Below the pieces are notes generated by a model, which saw only the letters and a program-made list of their open reading frames with translations, was not told the DNA's origin and ran no database searches. This document shows, piece after piece, positions 28,197 to 39,659 of a stretch of DNA of 64,000 nucleotides; the first letter of the stretch is position 1; each line of letters opens with the position of its first letter. The stretch is from Chitinophagales bacterium. GTDB lineage: Bacteria; Bacteroidota; Bacteroidia; Chitinophagales; JADIYW01. The translations under genes and the position numbers were made by a program. The stretch is from contig JAMLHI010000007.1 in the NCBI GenBank assembly GCA_023957235.1, positions 35,738 to 99,737 on the forward strand. Reading direction: 5' to 3'.

Positions 28197-28781
28197 TTAC
28201 ATCCATTTTATTTTTTCACCAATAGAGCTATGTCTTTTACCATCTTCAAGGTCATCATTATCCGTTTTACCAAGAAAAATAAATCCTAGCATAAGGTCCT
28301 TATCTTCTAATCCAAAGGCATATTTAAAAGATGGATGATAGCACATTCCTCCAGTACCCCAAAAACAGGCAACGTTATGAGAAGTAGCAACTAATAACAT
28401 ATTTTGAATGGCACAAGCTACAGCAGCCACTTCTTCTTGCTCTGGAAGACCGGGAACATTACTTCTTGACATTCCTACTACAATAACATGAGAAGCTTTA
28501 TCTGCTCTATGAAGTAGCTTCTGATATTTTTTTTCAAGAAAATTATTTTCTGGAGTATGCTCTTTATATAATTGAGCATGAAGCTTTCCAAAATTTTTCA
28601 CCTTATTGGGTTCAAAGATAAAAAGTCGCCATGGTTCGGTCGTTTTATGATTCGGAGCCCAGTTAGCCGCATCTAATATTTCCTGAACGATTTGTTTATC
28701 CACTGGTTTTCCATTGAAATGATCAGGAGAAGTTGTTCTTCTTTTTTTTATAATTGCTCTAACAATTAAGGATAGTTCCAT
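28197..28781 (-). CDS. Nitroreductase family protein (YdjA-like)
   Basis: RRT, WAPNHKTTEPWR, AIQNMLL and WGTG motifs. Confidence 0.9.
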   Translation of the reverse strand: MELSLIVRAIIKKRRTTSPDHFNGKPVDKQIVQEILDAANWAPNHKTTEPWRLFIFEPNKVKNFGKLHAQLYKEHTPENNFLEKKYQKLLHRADKASHVIVVGMSRSNVPGLPEQEEVAAVACAIQNMLLVATSHNVACFWGTGGMCYHPSFKYAFGLEDKDLMLGFIFLGKTDNDDLEDGKRHSSIGEKIKWM

Positions 28782-28811
28782 AGCTTTGAAAAATTGTTTT
28801 AAAGATAAGAA

Positions 28812-29777
28812 ATGATTGTTATAACTGGTGCTTCAGGTTTTATTGCTAGTGTACTCCTTGCATTTTTAAATGAGAGAGGCTTTAAAGATATTATTCTTGT
28901 AGATGATTTTAGCACTCCTGAAAGGTATAAAAATATTTTTTGGAAATCTTATTCGCAGATAGTTGAAAGAGATGAATTTCAATCATTTTTAAATGTGAAT
29001 TCAAATCACATTAAAGCAGTTATTCATTTAGGCTCAAAATCTGGATATATCCATAATGACTGGGAAAAGAATAGTGCTGAAATGTTGGCTATGCATAAAT
29101 ATTTATGGAACTATTGTTTTTCAAATCAAATCAAGTTTATTTATGCTAGTTCAGGTGCAGTATATGGAGATGGAACATTGGGTTTTGATGATGATGACAA
29201 GACTACCCTTTCATTGAAGCCTCAACATCCTTATGCTCAAGTTAAATTGGAGATTGACCAATGGTCATTGAAGCAAGGTGTGCAAATTCCTTTTTGGTAT
29301 GGACTTAGAATGTCAAATGTATATGGTCCAAATGAATACCACAAGGGCGCAAATGCTTCTATTGTTTTAAAAGCATATTTTGAAATATTAGAAAAGCGGA
29401 CGATGACATTGTTTGCCTCTCCTTTTAAAAATATAGCTGATGGAGAAATGTCAAGAGATTTTATTTATGTCAAAGATGTGGCTAAAGTGATAGACTTTTT
29501 AATTAGTAGTCATGTTCCTTCGGGAATTTATAATGTGGCAACTGGTGTTGATATAAGTTTTAATTCCGTAGTCAATTCTGTATTTGAAGACCTAGAAATA
29601 GCTCCTCAAATTTTATATCAGCCAGTGTCTGATAGATTAAAAAATAATTTTCCTCCTCAAGTAGCATTGCCTATTCAGAAGTTGAGAAGGATAGGATATG
29701 AAAATGAAATGCTATCTCTTCAGGCAGGAGTGAAAGAATATTTGAAAAAATATCTAAAAAGAGGGGAGTTTTATTGA
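28812..29777 (+). CDS. rfaD: ADP-L-glycero-D-manno-heptose 6-epimerase-like SDR (divergent)
   Basis: MIVITGASGFIA, DIILVDD, YASSGAVYG, YxxxK, NVYGPNEYHKG and RDFIYVKD motifs. Confidence 0.65.
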   Translation: MIVITGASGFIASVLLAFLNERGFKDIILVDDFSTPERYKNIFWKSYSQIVERDEFQSFLNVNSNHIKAVIHLGSKSGYIHNDWEKNSAEMLAMHKYLWNYCFSNQIKFIYASSGAVYGDGTLGFDDDDKTTLSLKPQHPYAQVKLEIDQWSLKQGVQIPFWYGLRMSNVYGPNEYHKGANASIVLKAYFEILEKRTMTLFASPFKNIADGEMSRDFIYVKDVAKVIDFLISSHVPSGIYNVATGVDISFNSVVNSVFEDLEIAPQILYQPVSDRLKNNFPPQVALPIQKLRRIGYENEMLSLQAGVKEYLKKYLKRGEFY

Positions 29778-29974
29778 CCCATTGATTGAATTTTTCTCAT
29801 CCAACTTGAATACTTTCAATTGAGTGGGTATTGCTTTTTTAGGAGGGGTCAAATACTTTATTTAATGATTCATCTCAAAAATCAGCACTGAATTCTTATT
29901 TTAATAGCTAAAGCATCATATTGTTTCCAATTTTTACTCTAATATTTTTAAATTTGTCGATTCGATAAAGAATT

Positions 29975-32395
29975 ATGAAAATATCATTGAATTGGTTAAA
30001 AACCTTTATAAATATTGATTTAGAAAGAGAAGAATTAAAAGATTTATTAACAGATATTGGTCTTGAAGTAGAAGGAGTGGAGGAATTTGAATCTTTCCCT
30101 GGAGGGCTTAAAGGTTTGGTCGTAGCTGAAGTTTTAACATGTGAACCTCATCCTGATGCTGACAAATTGAAAGTAACTACTGTTTCAATAGGACAGGGAG
30201 AACCTCTTCAAGTTGTCTGTGGCGCTCCAAATGTTGCAGCTGGTCAGAAAGTCATATTAGCACCTGTCGGGACTACTCTTTATCCTATTGAAGGAGAGCC
30301 TTTTGAAATCAAAAAAGCCAAAATTCGTGGAGTAGCATCTAATGGAATGTTATGTGCTGAAGATGAAATTGGAATGGGTAAGTCACATGATGGAATCATT
30401 TTATTATCTGATAGTGTATCGGCTGGAACAAAAGTCAGCCAATTGTATAATATAGAGAACGATATCGTTTTTGAGATAGGGCTTACACCCAATCGAACAG
30501 ATGCACAATCGCATTATGGAGTAGCAAGAGATTTATCTGCTGTATTAAGCTATAGATATCATCAAACAAATTCTTTAAAAAAGGGAGTGTATCATCTTGA
30601 AAAAGGTACTGGCAGTTCATTGAAAATAGAAGTAAGGGCAAAAGAACTAGCTCCAAGATATACAGGAGTTGTTATTGAAGGAATCAAAGTGGAAGATTCG
30701 CCACAATGGCTTCAAAATCGCTTAAAAGCTATAGGTCAGAAACCTATTAACAATGTTGTAGATATTACAAATTATGTTTTACATAGTTATGGTCAGCCAC
30801 TTCATGCCTTTGATTTGAATGCTATAAAGGGAAATCAAATAATTGTAGATACGCTTCCCCAAGGCACTTTGTTCAAGACATTGGATAATGTAGAGTTGAA
30901 ATTGAATGAACAAGATTTGATGATTTGTAATGCAGAAGAAGGAATGTGTATCGCAGGAGTTTATGGCGGTATTCATTCAGGGGTGAAAAATTCTACTACT
31001 TCCATTTTTTTAGAGAGTGCATATTTTCATCCTTCTGCTATCAGAAAAACCTCAATGGCACATCAACTTAGGACAGAAGCTGCTCAACACTTTGAAAAAG
31101 GAGTAGATCCTACAGATACTTTGGAAGTCTTAAAAATAGCCGCTCATCTTATTATTGATATTGCAGGAGGAAAAGTCACTTCTGATTTTTTGGATATTTC
31201 CAATCGTGAATTTCATAAGAATGATGTAGAATTGATTCCTCAAAAAGTAAGGAATCTGACAGGAGCGTCTATTTCTAATGAAGATATAATAAAGATTTTA
31301 AACCTATTGGAAATTGATTCGGAAACAAACCAAGAACCATGGCAATTAAAAGTGCCTTTGTATAGAGCAGATGTTACTCGTGATATAGATGTTATTGAAG
31401 ATATTTTAAGAATATATGGATATAACAATGTGCCTATTCCTACAAGCATCAATGCAGCAATTCCTATAAAAAAAGGAAAAGATAAAGATCAGTTGTACAG
31501 AGTTGCATCTAATTTTTTGGCAAGCAATGGTTTTTATGAAATCTTAACCAATTCATTGACACGTTCCAAATATCTTGATGGTTGGGTTAAAGTTGAGCAG
31601 CAAATAAAATTATTGAGTAGTATTAATGTTGAACTCGATGTATTAAGAACTAATATGTTGTTTAGTGCATTGGAAGTCATGAGCTATAATATTAACCGCT
31701 CTCAGAAGAATCTAAAGCTTTTTGAGTATGGTAAGACATATACTCAAAATGAAGGTAAATATCAGGAAGATTTGCATTTGTACTTAATAGCGACTGGTAA
31801 TCAATTGAATGGCAACTGGAATACACCTTCAAATAAAATTGATTTTTATTATCTAAAAGGTCTAGCAGAAAGTGTACTCAATAGATTAGGAATCTTTCAT
31901 ACTACTTTGGTAGAATGCCACGATGCTATACATGAATATACATTAAATTATCTAGTAGGATCATCAGAAGTTCTTCAAATTAGTAAGGTTTCAAATAATA
32001 TAACCAAGAAATGGGATATTAAGCAAGATGTATTTGTTGCGGACTTTAATTGGGATAAAATCTTCAAATTATCTCAAAAAAACAATCTCTCAAAAATAGT
32101 TGTATCAAAATTTCCATCAATTCGCAGAGATTTAGCACTTTTATTGGACAAAAATATTAAATTCACAGACGTTCAGCAAATTGCTCTCAAAATTGGTAAA
32201 AATCAATTGCGCCAAGTGGATTTATTTGATGTTTATGAAGGAGAAAAAATAGCTGAAAATAAAAAATCTTATGCAGTTAACTATATCTTTAGAGATGATG
32301 ATAAAACAATGACTGACAAGGATATAGATAAAATAATGAGTAAATTGATTGAACAATATTCATATCAACTAAATGCAACAGTAAGAGGACAATAA
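29975..32395 (+). CDS. pheT: Phenylalanine-tRNA ligase beta subunit
   Basis: MKISLNWL, HPDADKL, VCGAPN, TPNRTD, NNVVDITNY and FP.IRRDLA motifs. Confidence 0.97.
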   Translation: MKISLNWLKTFINIDLEREELKDLLTDIGLEVEGVEEFESFPGGLKGLVVAEVLTCEPHPDADKLKVTTVSIGQGEPLQVVCGAPNVAAGQKVILAPVGTTLYPIEGEPFEIKKAKIRGVASNGMLCAEDEIGMGKSHDGIILLSDSVSAGTKVSQLYNIENDIVFEIGLTPNRTDAQSHYGVARDLSAVLSYRYHQTNSLKKGVYHLEKGTGSSLKIEVRAKELAPRYTGVVIEGIKVEDSPQWLQNRLKAIGQKPINNVVDITNYVLHSYGQPLHAFDLNAIKGNQIIVDTLPQGTLFKTLDNVELKLNEQDLMICNAEEGMCIAGVYGGIHSGVKNSTTSIFLESAYFHPSAIRKTSMAHQLRTEAAQHFEKGVDPTDTLEVLKIAAHLIIDIAGGKVTSDFLDISNREFHKNDVELIPQKVRNLTGASISNEDIIKILNLLEIDSETNQEPWQLKVPLYRADVTRDIDVIEDILRIYGYNNVPIPTSINAAIPIKKGKDKDQLYRVASNFLASNGFYEILTNSLTRSKYLDGWVKVEQQIKLLSSINVELDVLRTNMLFSALEVMSYNINRSQKNLKLFEYGKTYTQNEGKYQEDLHLYLIATGNQLNGNWNTPSNKIDFYYLKGLAESVLNRLGIFHTTLVECHDAIHEYTLNYLVGSSEVLQISKVSNNITKKWDIKQDVFVADFNWDKIFKLSQKNNLSKIVVSKFPSIRRDLALLLDKNIKFTDVQQIALKIGKNQLRQVDLFDVYEGEKIAENKKSYAVNYIFRDDDKTMTDKDIDKIMSKLIEQYSYQLNATVRGQ

Positions 32396-32685
32396 TGAAA
32401 GAGCTATCACAAAAGTGGGATCAAATCGTATCGAAAGTTTATCTTCTCTTAGATCATAATCGAAAGATGAAGACTGAGCTTGAACAATTGAAATCCCAGA
32501 TTGTGAAGTTAAATCTTGAAAAATCAGAATTGTTAAAAGAGAAAGAAGAGTTAAATAAAAATATAAATGTTTTAAAGCTGGCTAAAGGTGTTGGCCTTTC
32601 AGATCAGGAGAGAACAGAAGTGAAGAAGCAAATCAAGCATTATATAAATGAAATTGATGATTGTATAGCCAAAATGAATGCATAA
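32395..32685 (+). CDS. Coiled-coil protein (ZapB-like)
   Basis: Heptad-rich, ends I.EID.CIA; lies between pheT and zapA. Confidence 0.7.
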   Translation: MKELSQKWDQIVSKVYLLLDHNRKMKTELEQLKSQIVKLNLEKSELLKEKEELNKNINVLKLAKGVGLSDQERTEVKKQIKHYINEIDDCIAKMNA

Positions 32686-32687
32686 TA

Positions 32688-32981
32688 ATGATAGATAATC
32701 ATATTAATATCCAATTGGTTTTGGCAGGACGACAATACAAACTAAAAGTTGATCCTGCTGAAGAAGCTATCGTTAGAAGTGCGGCGAAAGACATCAATGA
32801 TCAAATAATTGATTACCAGCAAAAGTTTCCAAGCAAAGACAAACAAGATTTTTTAATCATGTTGTTGTTGCACCAAAAAGTAGAATCTTATAGAAAATCA
32901 GGTAATCAATCACAGTCTGAACAATGGATAGACAGACTTAATGAGCTTGACGATTTGTTGACACGAAATCTCCCTGAATAG
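32688..32981 (+). CDS. zapA: Cell division protein ZapA
   Basis: I...GRQY.LKV...EE...R.AA..IN and DKQD.L motifs; start placed at MIDN (32688). Confidence 0.85.
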   Translation: MIDNHINIQLVLAGRQYKLKVDPAEEAIVRSAAKDINDQIIDYQQKFPSKDKQDFLIMLLLHQKVESYRKSGNQSQSEQWIDRLNELDDLLTRNLPE

Positions 32982-33037
32982 AAAGCTAATTTTACTTTTA
33001 ATCAGCACATTGTTCATTATAAATGTGAGATTAAAAA

Positions 33038-34618
33038 ATGGTAATTATTTATGTAGTAGTAGGTATTATAGCTCTTGCTGCTGGTGTTTTCTTGGGTAAA
33101 ATGCTTTTCAAAGCGAATGTTGAACAGCAAATTGCACGTGCTCAGGCACTTGAAGACAAAGCAAAAATTGAAGCTGAATCTCTTTTGAAAGAAGCAAAAA
33201 TTGAAGCTGATGCCTACAAAAAGGAAAGAGCAATGGAAGCCAAAGAGCGTTTCCTCAAGCTCAAAGAAGAGCATAATCTAGAAATTGATGTTCGTAATAA
33301 AAAGGTGCTAGAAGGAGAAAATAGGATTAAACAAAAAGAACAATCTCTTAACCAAAAACTTGAAAATGTCAATCGTAAAGACAAAGAATTGAATGATGAA
33401 AGAGATAAATTGTTAAGTTTTCAGGAAGCCGTTGCTAGAAAGAAAGATGAACTAGAAAAATCCCATTCTGAACATGTAGCTAAACTTGAGCAGATTTCTA
33501 AAATGACTGCTGATGAAGCCAAATCTCAATTGGTCGAACTTATGAAAAGTAAGGCACAGACTGAAGCTATGGCACACATCAAAATCGTGATGGATGAGGC
33601 TAAATTACAGGCAAGCAAAGAAGCTAAGAAAATTATTATTCAGTCTATTCAAAGAACAGCCGCAGAAAATACAATTGAAAATACAGTTTCAGTATTTAAC
33701 CTGACAAGTGACGATCAAAAAGGTCAAATTATTGGTAGAGAAGGTAGAAATATTCGTGCTTTGGAAGCAGCAACAGGAGTGGAGATTATCGTAGATGATA
33801 CCCCTGAAGCTATTATTATTTCGGGATATGATCCTTATAAAAGAGAGATTGCTAGATTATCTCTTCAAAGACTTGTTTCTGATGGACGTATTCACCCTGC
33901 GAGAATTGAAGAAATTGTTGCTAAAACTGAACGTCAATTAGAAGCTCAAATACTAGAAATAGGAGAAAGAACAGTAATAGATTTAGGGATACATGGTTTG
34001 CATCCAGAACTTATCAAGTTGGTGGGCAAAATGAGATTCCGTTCTTCTTATGGACAAAATTTGTTACAACACTCTCGAGAAGTAGCTAATCTTTGTGCTA
34101 TCATGGCTTCTGAATTGGGCTTGAATGTTAAATTGGCTAAACGTGCTGGATTATTACACGATATAGGCAAAGTGTCAGATGAAGATCCTGAATTATCTCA
34201 TGCCTTATTGGGTGCAAAACTGTGTGAGAAATATGGTGAAAACTCTACAATCGTCAATGCAGTTGGAGCGCATCATGATGAAATGGAAATGTTAACTATG
34301 ATAGCTCCAATAATTCAAGCTTGTGATGCTATATCTGGTGCTAGACCTGGTGCTCGTAGAGAAATTATGGAAACCTATTTGAAACGTATTCAAGAGCTTG
34401 AAACAGCTGCAATGTCTTACAATGGAGTTTCTAAAGCTTATGCTATTCAAGCAGGTAGAGAGTTGCGTGTAATCGTTGAAGCCGATAAAACTTCAGATGA
34501 AGATGTAGAACAATTGTCTATCAAAATTGCTCAACAAATTCAGGATGAAATGACATATCCTGGACAGATTAAAGTGACTGTAATCAGAGAAACAAGAGCA
34601 GTATCAGTAGCTAAATAA
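33038..34618 (+). CDS. rny: Ribonuclease Y
   Basis: N-terminal transmembrane helix, coiled coil, KH domain ([10 protein letters not shown]) and HD domain (GLLHDIGK). Confidence 0.97.
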   Translation: MVIIYVVVGIIALAAGVFLGKMLFKANVEQQIARAQALEDKAKIEAESLLKEAKIEADAYKKERAMEAKERFLKLKEEHNLEIDVRNKKVLEGENRIKQKEQSLNQKLENVNRKDKELNDERDKLLSFQEAVARKKDELEKSHSEHVAKLEQISKMTADEAKSQLVELMKSKAQTEAMAHIKIVMDEAKLQASKEAKKIIIQSIQRTAAENTIENTVSVFNLTSDDQKGQIIGREGRNIRALEAATGVEIIVDDTPEAIIISGYDPYKREIARLSLQRLVSDGRIHPARIEEIVAKTERQLEAQILEIGERTVIDLGIHGLHPELIKLVGKMRFRSSYGQNLLQHSREVANLCAIMASELGLNVKLAKRAGLLHDIGKVSDEDPELSHALLGAKLCEKYGENSTIVNAVGAHHDEMEMLTMIAPIIQACDAISGARPGARREIMETYLKRIQELETAAMSYNGVSKAYAIQAGRELRVIVEADKTSDEDVEQLSIKIAQQIQDEMTYPGQIKVTVIRETRAVSVAK

Positions 34619-34633
34619 TTTTAATTAATAAGG

Positions 34634-34675
34634 ATAAGAAAAGAGGCTGTCTATTGGGACAGCCTCTTTTCTTAT
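34634..34675. terminator. Bidirectional intrinsic terminator between rny and the HMA gene
   Basis: Perfect 18-bp stem ATAAGAAAAGAGGCTGTC-tattgg-GACAGCCTCTTTTCTTAT between convergent genes. Confidence 0.85.
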
Positions 34676-34692
34676 ATAGATATCATTCAATA

Positions 34693-34899
34693 CTAGATTA
34701 TCTCTGCTTTAAACCCAGCCTTTTCTATAACACCGATAATATCTTCAGCTTTTAAATGTTCACCTTGAACAGTAATTATTTTAGGAGTTTGATTCAAATC
34801 AGCTTTCCAATTTGAGATTTGTGGCATTGCGTCTAAAAATGGTTTGACTTTAGCTTCGCAACCACCACATTTTAATGTGGTTTTAAATTTTAATTCCAT
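34693..34899 (-). CDS. Heavy-metal-associated (HMA) domain protein, CopZ-like
   Basis: FKTTLKCGGC...AGFKAE. Confidence 0.85.
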   Translation of the reverse strand: MELKFKTTLKCGGCEAKVKPFLDAMPQISNWKADLNQTPKIITVQGEHLKAEDIIGVIEKAGFKAEII

Positions 34900-34993
34900 A
34901 AAGCAAGTTTATATTTTTTCAACACCATTTTATGTGTTTTGTTTGATTTTGAAAGCATTTATTTTTATAGCTGATGAAGAAGCAAAATAATAT

Positions 34994-36379
34994 TTATAAT
35001 AAAGTGCCTTTCAAAATGACAGCAGCTATTGTAAAATAAATGATTAATCCAGTGACATCTACTAATGTGGCCACAAATGGAGCAGAGGAAGTAGCGGGAT
35101 CTATATTGTATTTTTTGAGGATAATAGGAATCATCGAGCCAGTCAATGTTCCCCAAAGGATAATTCCAATCAAAGAGCAAAATACAGTTAGTGCTATTAA
35201 AAACCAATGCTCTCCATAATTGTACCAGCCTAATTGTTGCCAAATTGAAATACGCAAAAATCCAATTGAACCTAAAATAATTCCTAATGTTATTCCAGAA
35301 AGGATTTCCCTTTTCATTACAAACCACCAGTCTTTTACAGTCAGTTCTTTCAATGCCAAAGCTCTAATAATAAGCGTTGCTGCCTGCGAACCACTATTTC
35401 CACCACTTGAAATTATCAAGGGAACAAATAATGCCAAAACTACTGCTTGTGAAATTTCATATTCAAAATAACCCATTGCTGTGGCTGTTAGCATTTCTCC
35501 TAAAAATAAAATTACTAGCCAAGTAGCTCTTTTTTCCGTCAATTTAAAAAATCCTGTTTTGACATAAGGGAAATCTAATTTCTCCACACCACCAAATTTC
35601 TGAATTTCTTCTGTCTCCCTTTGTTCAACCACGTCCATGATATCATCAATGGTAATCACACCGAGTAATAAATTTCCTTCATTTACTACTGGAATTACTA
35701 CACGGTCATAATCTTTAAATTTTTGAATAGCGGTTTCTTGTGTGTCACTTATATTTAAAGCAACAAAATCTCCATCCATAATGTCAGAAATTTTCATTTC
35801 AGGAGCATTTAAAACAAGCCTTCGAACCTGAATGTCGTCTATCAGCTTACCTTCTTCATCAACTACATAAATTACATTGGCTGCTTCTGTGTCTTTATGA
35901 TTTTCTCTTAAATGTCTGCTAGCTTCTGCAACTGTCATGTTTTCAAAAATGGTAGCATAATCTGTATCAATTAATCTGGCGACACTATTTTCTGAATATC
36001 CTAAAAAATCTTGAGTTTCTTTACGATTGTCTTCATCCAGATAATTAATATATACTGCCTTCTCTAAATGTGATAAATCACTAAAAAAGCTGATACGCTC
36101 ATCACTACTTAAATTGTTCAATAAGTAGGAAGAGCATTGCTGAGAAAGATTTCTGACTAATTTGTGTTGTAATAAAATATCTAAATAAGGAAAAGTATAG
36201 ACTTGTGTGTCATAATCCAATTTGCTAAATGAAGCTAGTGCATATTTAAAAGGTATAGACTCTATAACTTGAGCCAATTCTGCAGGGTGTACCTTTTCTT
36301 TCTCTTTGTCAAAAAGTGTAAAGATGTCAAAATCATTACTCCAAACTATATTTTTTACTTTATCTAGCATTTCAACCAT
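34994..36379 (-). CDS. mgtE: Magnesium transporter MgtE
   Basis: N-domain, CBS pair, SSGGNSGSQ and DPATSSAPFVATLVD. Start uncertain (36379 ATG or 36388 TTG). Confidence 0.95.
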   Translation of the reverse strand: MVEMLDKVKNIVWSNDFDIFTLFDKEKEKVHPAELAQVIESIPFKYALASFSKLDYDTQVYTFPYLDILLQHKLVRNLSQQCSSYLLNNLSSDERISFFSDLSHLEKAVYINYLDEDNRKETQDFLGYSENSVARLIDTDYATIFENMTVAEASRHLRENHKDTEAANVIYVVDEEGKLIDDIQVRRLVLNAPEMKISDIMDGDFVALNISDTQETAIQKFKDYDRVVIPVVNEGNLLLGVITIDDIMDVVEQRETEEIQKFGGVEKLDFPYVKTGFFKLTEKRATWLVILFLGEMLTATAMGYFEYEISQAVVLALFVPLIISSGGNSGSQAATLIIRALALKELTVKDWWFVMKREILSGITLGIILGSIGFLRISIWQQLGWYNYGEHWFLIALTVFCSLIGIILWGTLTGSMIPIILKKYNIDPATSSAPFVATLVDVTGLIIYFTIAAVILKGTLL

Positions 36380-36743
36380 ACAACTCAATTAATTAGGTTA
36401 ATAATTATTTTGTTTATGATATTCCGTTTAAGAGCCTTTTTAAATTAAAGTACTTCAAATCAAAAATTACTCTCAATAGAAATTAAAATGAACTGAACGC
36501 CGTCATTTTCAATTCAGCGCAAATATCCTTGAATTTTATTGACTTATAGCATGATTTTAAAAATATTATTTAAAAATATTATCCTCTTCAAAATACTACA
36601 AAATTTCCCAACTTAATAAAAAGCACTTTATACATTCAGTTACTTTGTATTCATTATTCGATGAAATCACTATATATATAATTTGATATAATCTTTCATT
36701 TTCAAAGCACAGTTATCAATTTATATTCCTCTTTGAATAGCTA

Positions 36744-38369
36744 TTATTCTTTCAAGAAAGGGTATTTGTAATCTGTTGGCGAAAGAAAATTTTCTTTGAT
36801 ATTTCTTGGTGAAACCCACCTCAACAGATTCATATAAGAACCCGCTTTGTCGTTGGTGCCTGATTTTCTTGCTCCACCAAATGGTTGCTGACCTACAACA
36901 GCACCAGTTGGTTTATCATTGATATACAAATTACCTGCTGCATTTCTTAATATTCTTTTTGCTTGTTCTACTACAAGACTATCATTGGCAATAATTGCAC
37001 CTGTCAAAGCATAGGCAGAGGTTTCATTCGCTTTTTCTAATATTTCTACAAATTCATTTTGTGGATATACATATATTGTTAATACTGGTCCAAAAATCTC
37101 TTCTGTCATTGTAATAGAGTCTGGATTTTGGGTCAATATAACAGTAGGCTGAATGAAATAACCAATTTTGTCGTCATAGGTTCCTCCTGCAATAATCTGA
37201 TTGTATGAAAGACTTCTAGCTTTTTCAATATAAGCAATGATTTTATCATAAGCTCTTCGATCAATTACTGCATTGACGAAGTTTTCAAAATTTTCTGGAG
37301 AGCCTACTTTGATTTCTTTCAGCATGATATCCATTTCTTGCCATACAGATTCCCATATATCAGATGAAATATAAGCACGAGAAGCCGCTGAGCATTTTTG
37401 TCCTTGATACTCAAAAGCTCCTCTTACCAATGCTGTTGCAACAACCTTCGGGTCTGCGCTAGAATGAGCTATAACAAAATCTTTTCCCCCTGTTTCTCCA
37501 ACAATTCTAGGATAAGTTTTGTATCTGTCTATATTTTGACCAATTGTCTTCCAAAAATAATTGAATGTATTTGTTGAACCAGTAAAATGTAATCCAGCAA
37601 AATAGGGGTGTTTTAAAGCAATATCTGAAAGTTCGGGTCCATCGCAATAAACCATATTGATTACTCCATCTGGAAGTCCTGCTTCCATCAAAATTTCCAT
37701 AATGACAAATGCAGAATATACCTGAGTCCCTGATGGCTTCCATATCACTGTATTGCCCATGAGTGCTGGGGCTGTAGGTAGATTGCCAGATATTGCAGTA
37801 AAATTAAATGGTGTAATGGCTAATACAAATCCCTCTAAAGGACGATAATCTAATGTATTTCTTTGCCCGGTTGTTGATATAGGTTGGTGTGCATAAATTT
37901 GATACATATAGTGAACATTGAACCTAAGGAAGTCAACAAGTTCACATGCGGCATCTATTTCTGCTTGATATGCATTTTTAGATTGAGCCAATATCGTAGC
38001 GGCATTAATTTTTGCTCTGTATTTGGTAGCGATAAGGTCAGCTGCTTTCAGAAATATTCCTGCTCTCGTATGCATATCTGTATTAGCCCAAGTAGCAGAT
38101 ACATCAATTGCTGTATTGATTGCATATTCTATATCTTCATCTCCAGCATAATAATATGCACCGATAGGATGCTGATGATCATAAGGAGGTGTAATTTCAA
38201 TGAGTTCTTCTGTTTCAATAAAATGACCGTTGATGACCATTGGTATTTTTTGATAAATATTTCTTTTTTTCTGGATTTCATTCAACAAATCTTTTCTTTC
38301 CTGACTTCCAGGTTCATAATTAAGGATTGGTTCATTGATTGGAAGAGAAGAATTAATAATCGTATTCAT
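36744..38369 (-). CDS. pruA: L-glutamate gamma-semialdehyde (P5C) dehydrogenase
   Basis: AEIDAACE, PFNFT, FTGST, ETGGKD, FEYQGQKCSA and SGTNDKAG motifs. Confidence 0.95.
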   Translation of the reverse strand: MNTIINSSLPINEPILNYEPGSQERKDLLNEIQKKRNIYQKIPMVINGHFIETEELIEITPPYDHQHPIGAYYYAGDEDIEYAINTAIDVSATWANTDMHTRAGIFLKAADLIATKYRAKINAATILAQSKNAYQAEIDAACELVDFLRFNVHYMYQIYAHQPISTTGQRNTLDYRPLEGFVLAITPFNFTAISGNLPTAPALMGNTVIWKPSGTQVYSAFVIMEILMEAGLPDGVINMVYCDGPELSDIALKHPYFAGLHFTGSTNTFNYFWKTIGQNIDRYKTYPRIVGETGGKDFVIAHSSADPKVVATALVRGAFEYQGQKCSAASRAYISSDIWESVWQEMDIMLKEIKVGSPENFENFVNAVIDRRAYDKIIAYIEKARSLSYNQIIAGGTYDDKIGYFIQPTVILTQNPDSITMTEEIFGPVLTIYVYPQNEFVEILEKANETSAYALTGAIIANDSLVVEQAKRILRNAAGNLYINDKPTGAVVGQQPFGGARKSGTNDKAGSYMNLLRWVSPRNIKENFLSPTDYKYPFLKE

Positions 38370-38571
38370 TTCAAGATATTTTATCTCATATATGACAAAT
38401 GATCAATGAAAATGTTTTAATTACCTCATTTGATACTAGATGATATTCCTGTTATTCAATACCCTTTAGAAATTAATTACTAGATAATTCATTTCAACTA
38501 AGCATAAATAAAATTGAATTCAAGAATAAGATTGGATGACTTTGCTAGAAAATATCTTACTAAAATCAATT

Positions 38572-39507
38572 TTAAGTAAAAGAAAGCCATATACCAGCTA
38601 TCAGTTCCATGAGCATAGCTATACCAATATGTATTAATACCCCTGCAGCGATGGAGTTAGAACGATAACAAAGAAGTCCTAATATTATTCCTCCAAAGAA
38701 GGAACTAATACATTCACCCATAGGTTTGCCAAAATGGATAAAGCAATAAAACATTGCTGCAGGTATAATAGCTCTACTTCCAGCATATTTCACAAATGCC
38801 AATATCAAAAATCCTCTAAAGAAAAACTCAACATGAAAAAATTCTGAAGCATAACAAAATTCGTACAGTGTTATCCACCATGCTTTAGGCATTGTTTCTG
38901 TAATATATATTAATACTCTTCTAGCAGTTGGATAATACGTTTGAAAGTCATGACTAAATGATGCTGCAAAAACAATTGGCACCATTAAAAGGAGCAGATA
39001 AAAATAGATGGATATATGCGCATTTTTTAAACTAAAACCATAAAGATTTTGAAATTTCCTATCTCTCCAAAACCAAAATACAACAATAATAAATGATAAT
39101 ATAGACGACTGGACAATCTGATCTGCACATATTTTAATAATATTAGCAGTATAGTATTCAAAAAAATGTCGGTCTATCCATTCTTTATATTGATAAATAT
39201 AGCAGTATAAAGAAAACGAACCCAACGCAAGAAGAATTCTTCCCCAAAGACCTGGTTTAGATAACATTTTTCTACCTTCTTCATCATAGAAATAAGAAAG
39301 GTACATCGGTATAATAGAACAAGCATACAATATGAAGTATAAATAAAAATGCTTAAAAGAATGATAGTATTTATCAATAATTCCATTTTCAATATCAAAT
39401 AGGTAATTCAAATCAATAGCAATAGCTAAAAATATTGCTACAAATATTAGATGAAAAACATTCTGCTCTTTCCAATAGTCTTTTAGATATCCTATAATAA
39501 TTTTCAA
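38572..39507 (-). CDS. CPBP (CAAX protease/Abi) intramembrane glutamic endopeptidase
   Basis: EFFFRG, HFGKP.GE and a terminal H motif; multiple transmembrane segments. Confidence 0.85.
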   Translation of the reverse strand: MKIIIGYLKDYWKEQNVFHLIFVAIFLAIAIDLNYLFDIENGIIDKYYHSFKHFYLYFILYACSIIPMYLSYFYDEEGRKMLSKPGLWGRILLALGSFSLYCYIYQYKEWIDRHFFEYYTANIIKICADQIVQSSILSFIIVVFWFWRDRKFQNLYGFSLKNAHISIYFYLLLLMVPIVFAASFSHDFQTYYPTARRVLIYITETMPKAWWITLYEFCYASEFFHVEFFFRGFLILAFVKYAGSRAIIPAAMFYCFIHFGKPMGECISSFFGGIILGLLCYRSNSIAAGVLIHIGIAMLMELIAGIWLSFT

Positions 39508-39659
39508 AATTTACAATTACTTGATGATGAAATCTAAGATAGAAAGATTCTAATATTTTAATTCTTTTCATCAAAATATTGCTATTGAATTATGATGTAT
39601 ATCAGTATAGTTTTAAGTTCAATGTGAGTTGATTTTATTAATTTTCGATAAATTTTTGA

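Noticed and set aside
32982-33037. 6S RNA expected downstream of zapA
   Set aside because: The gap is only 56 nt, too short for ssrS.
36389-36743. M-box (ykoK) riboswitch upstream of mgtE
   Set aside because: The region is too AT-rich and I could not find the conserved M-box sequence blocks.
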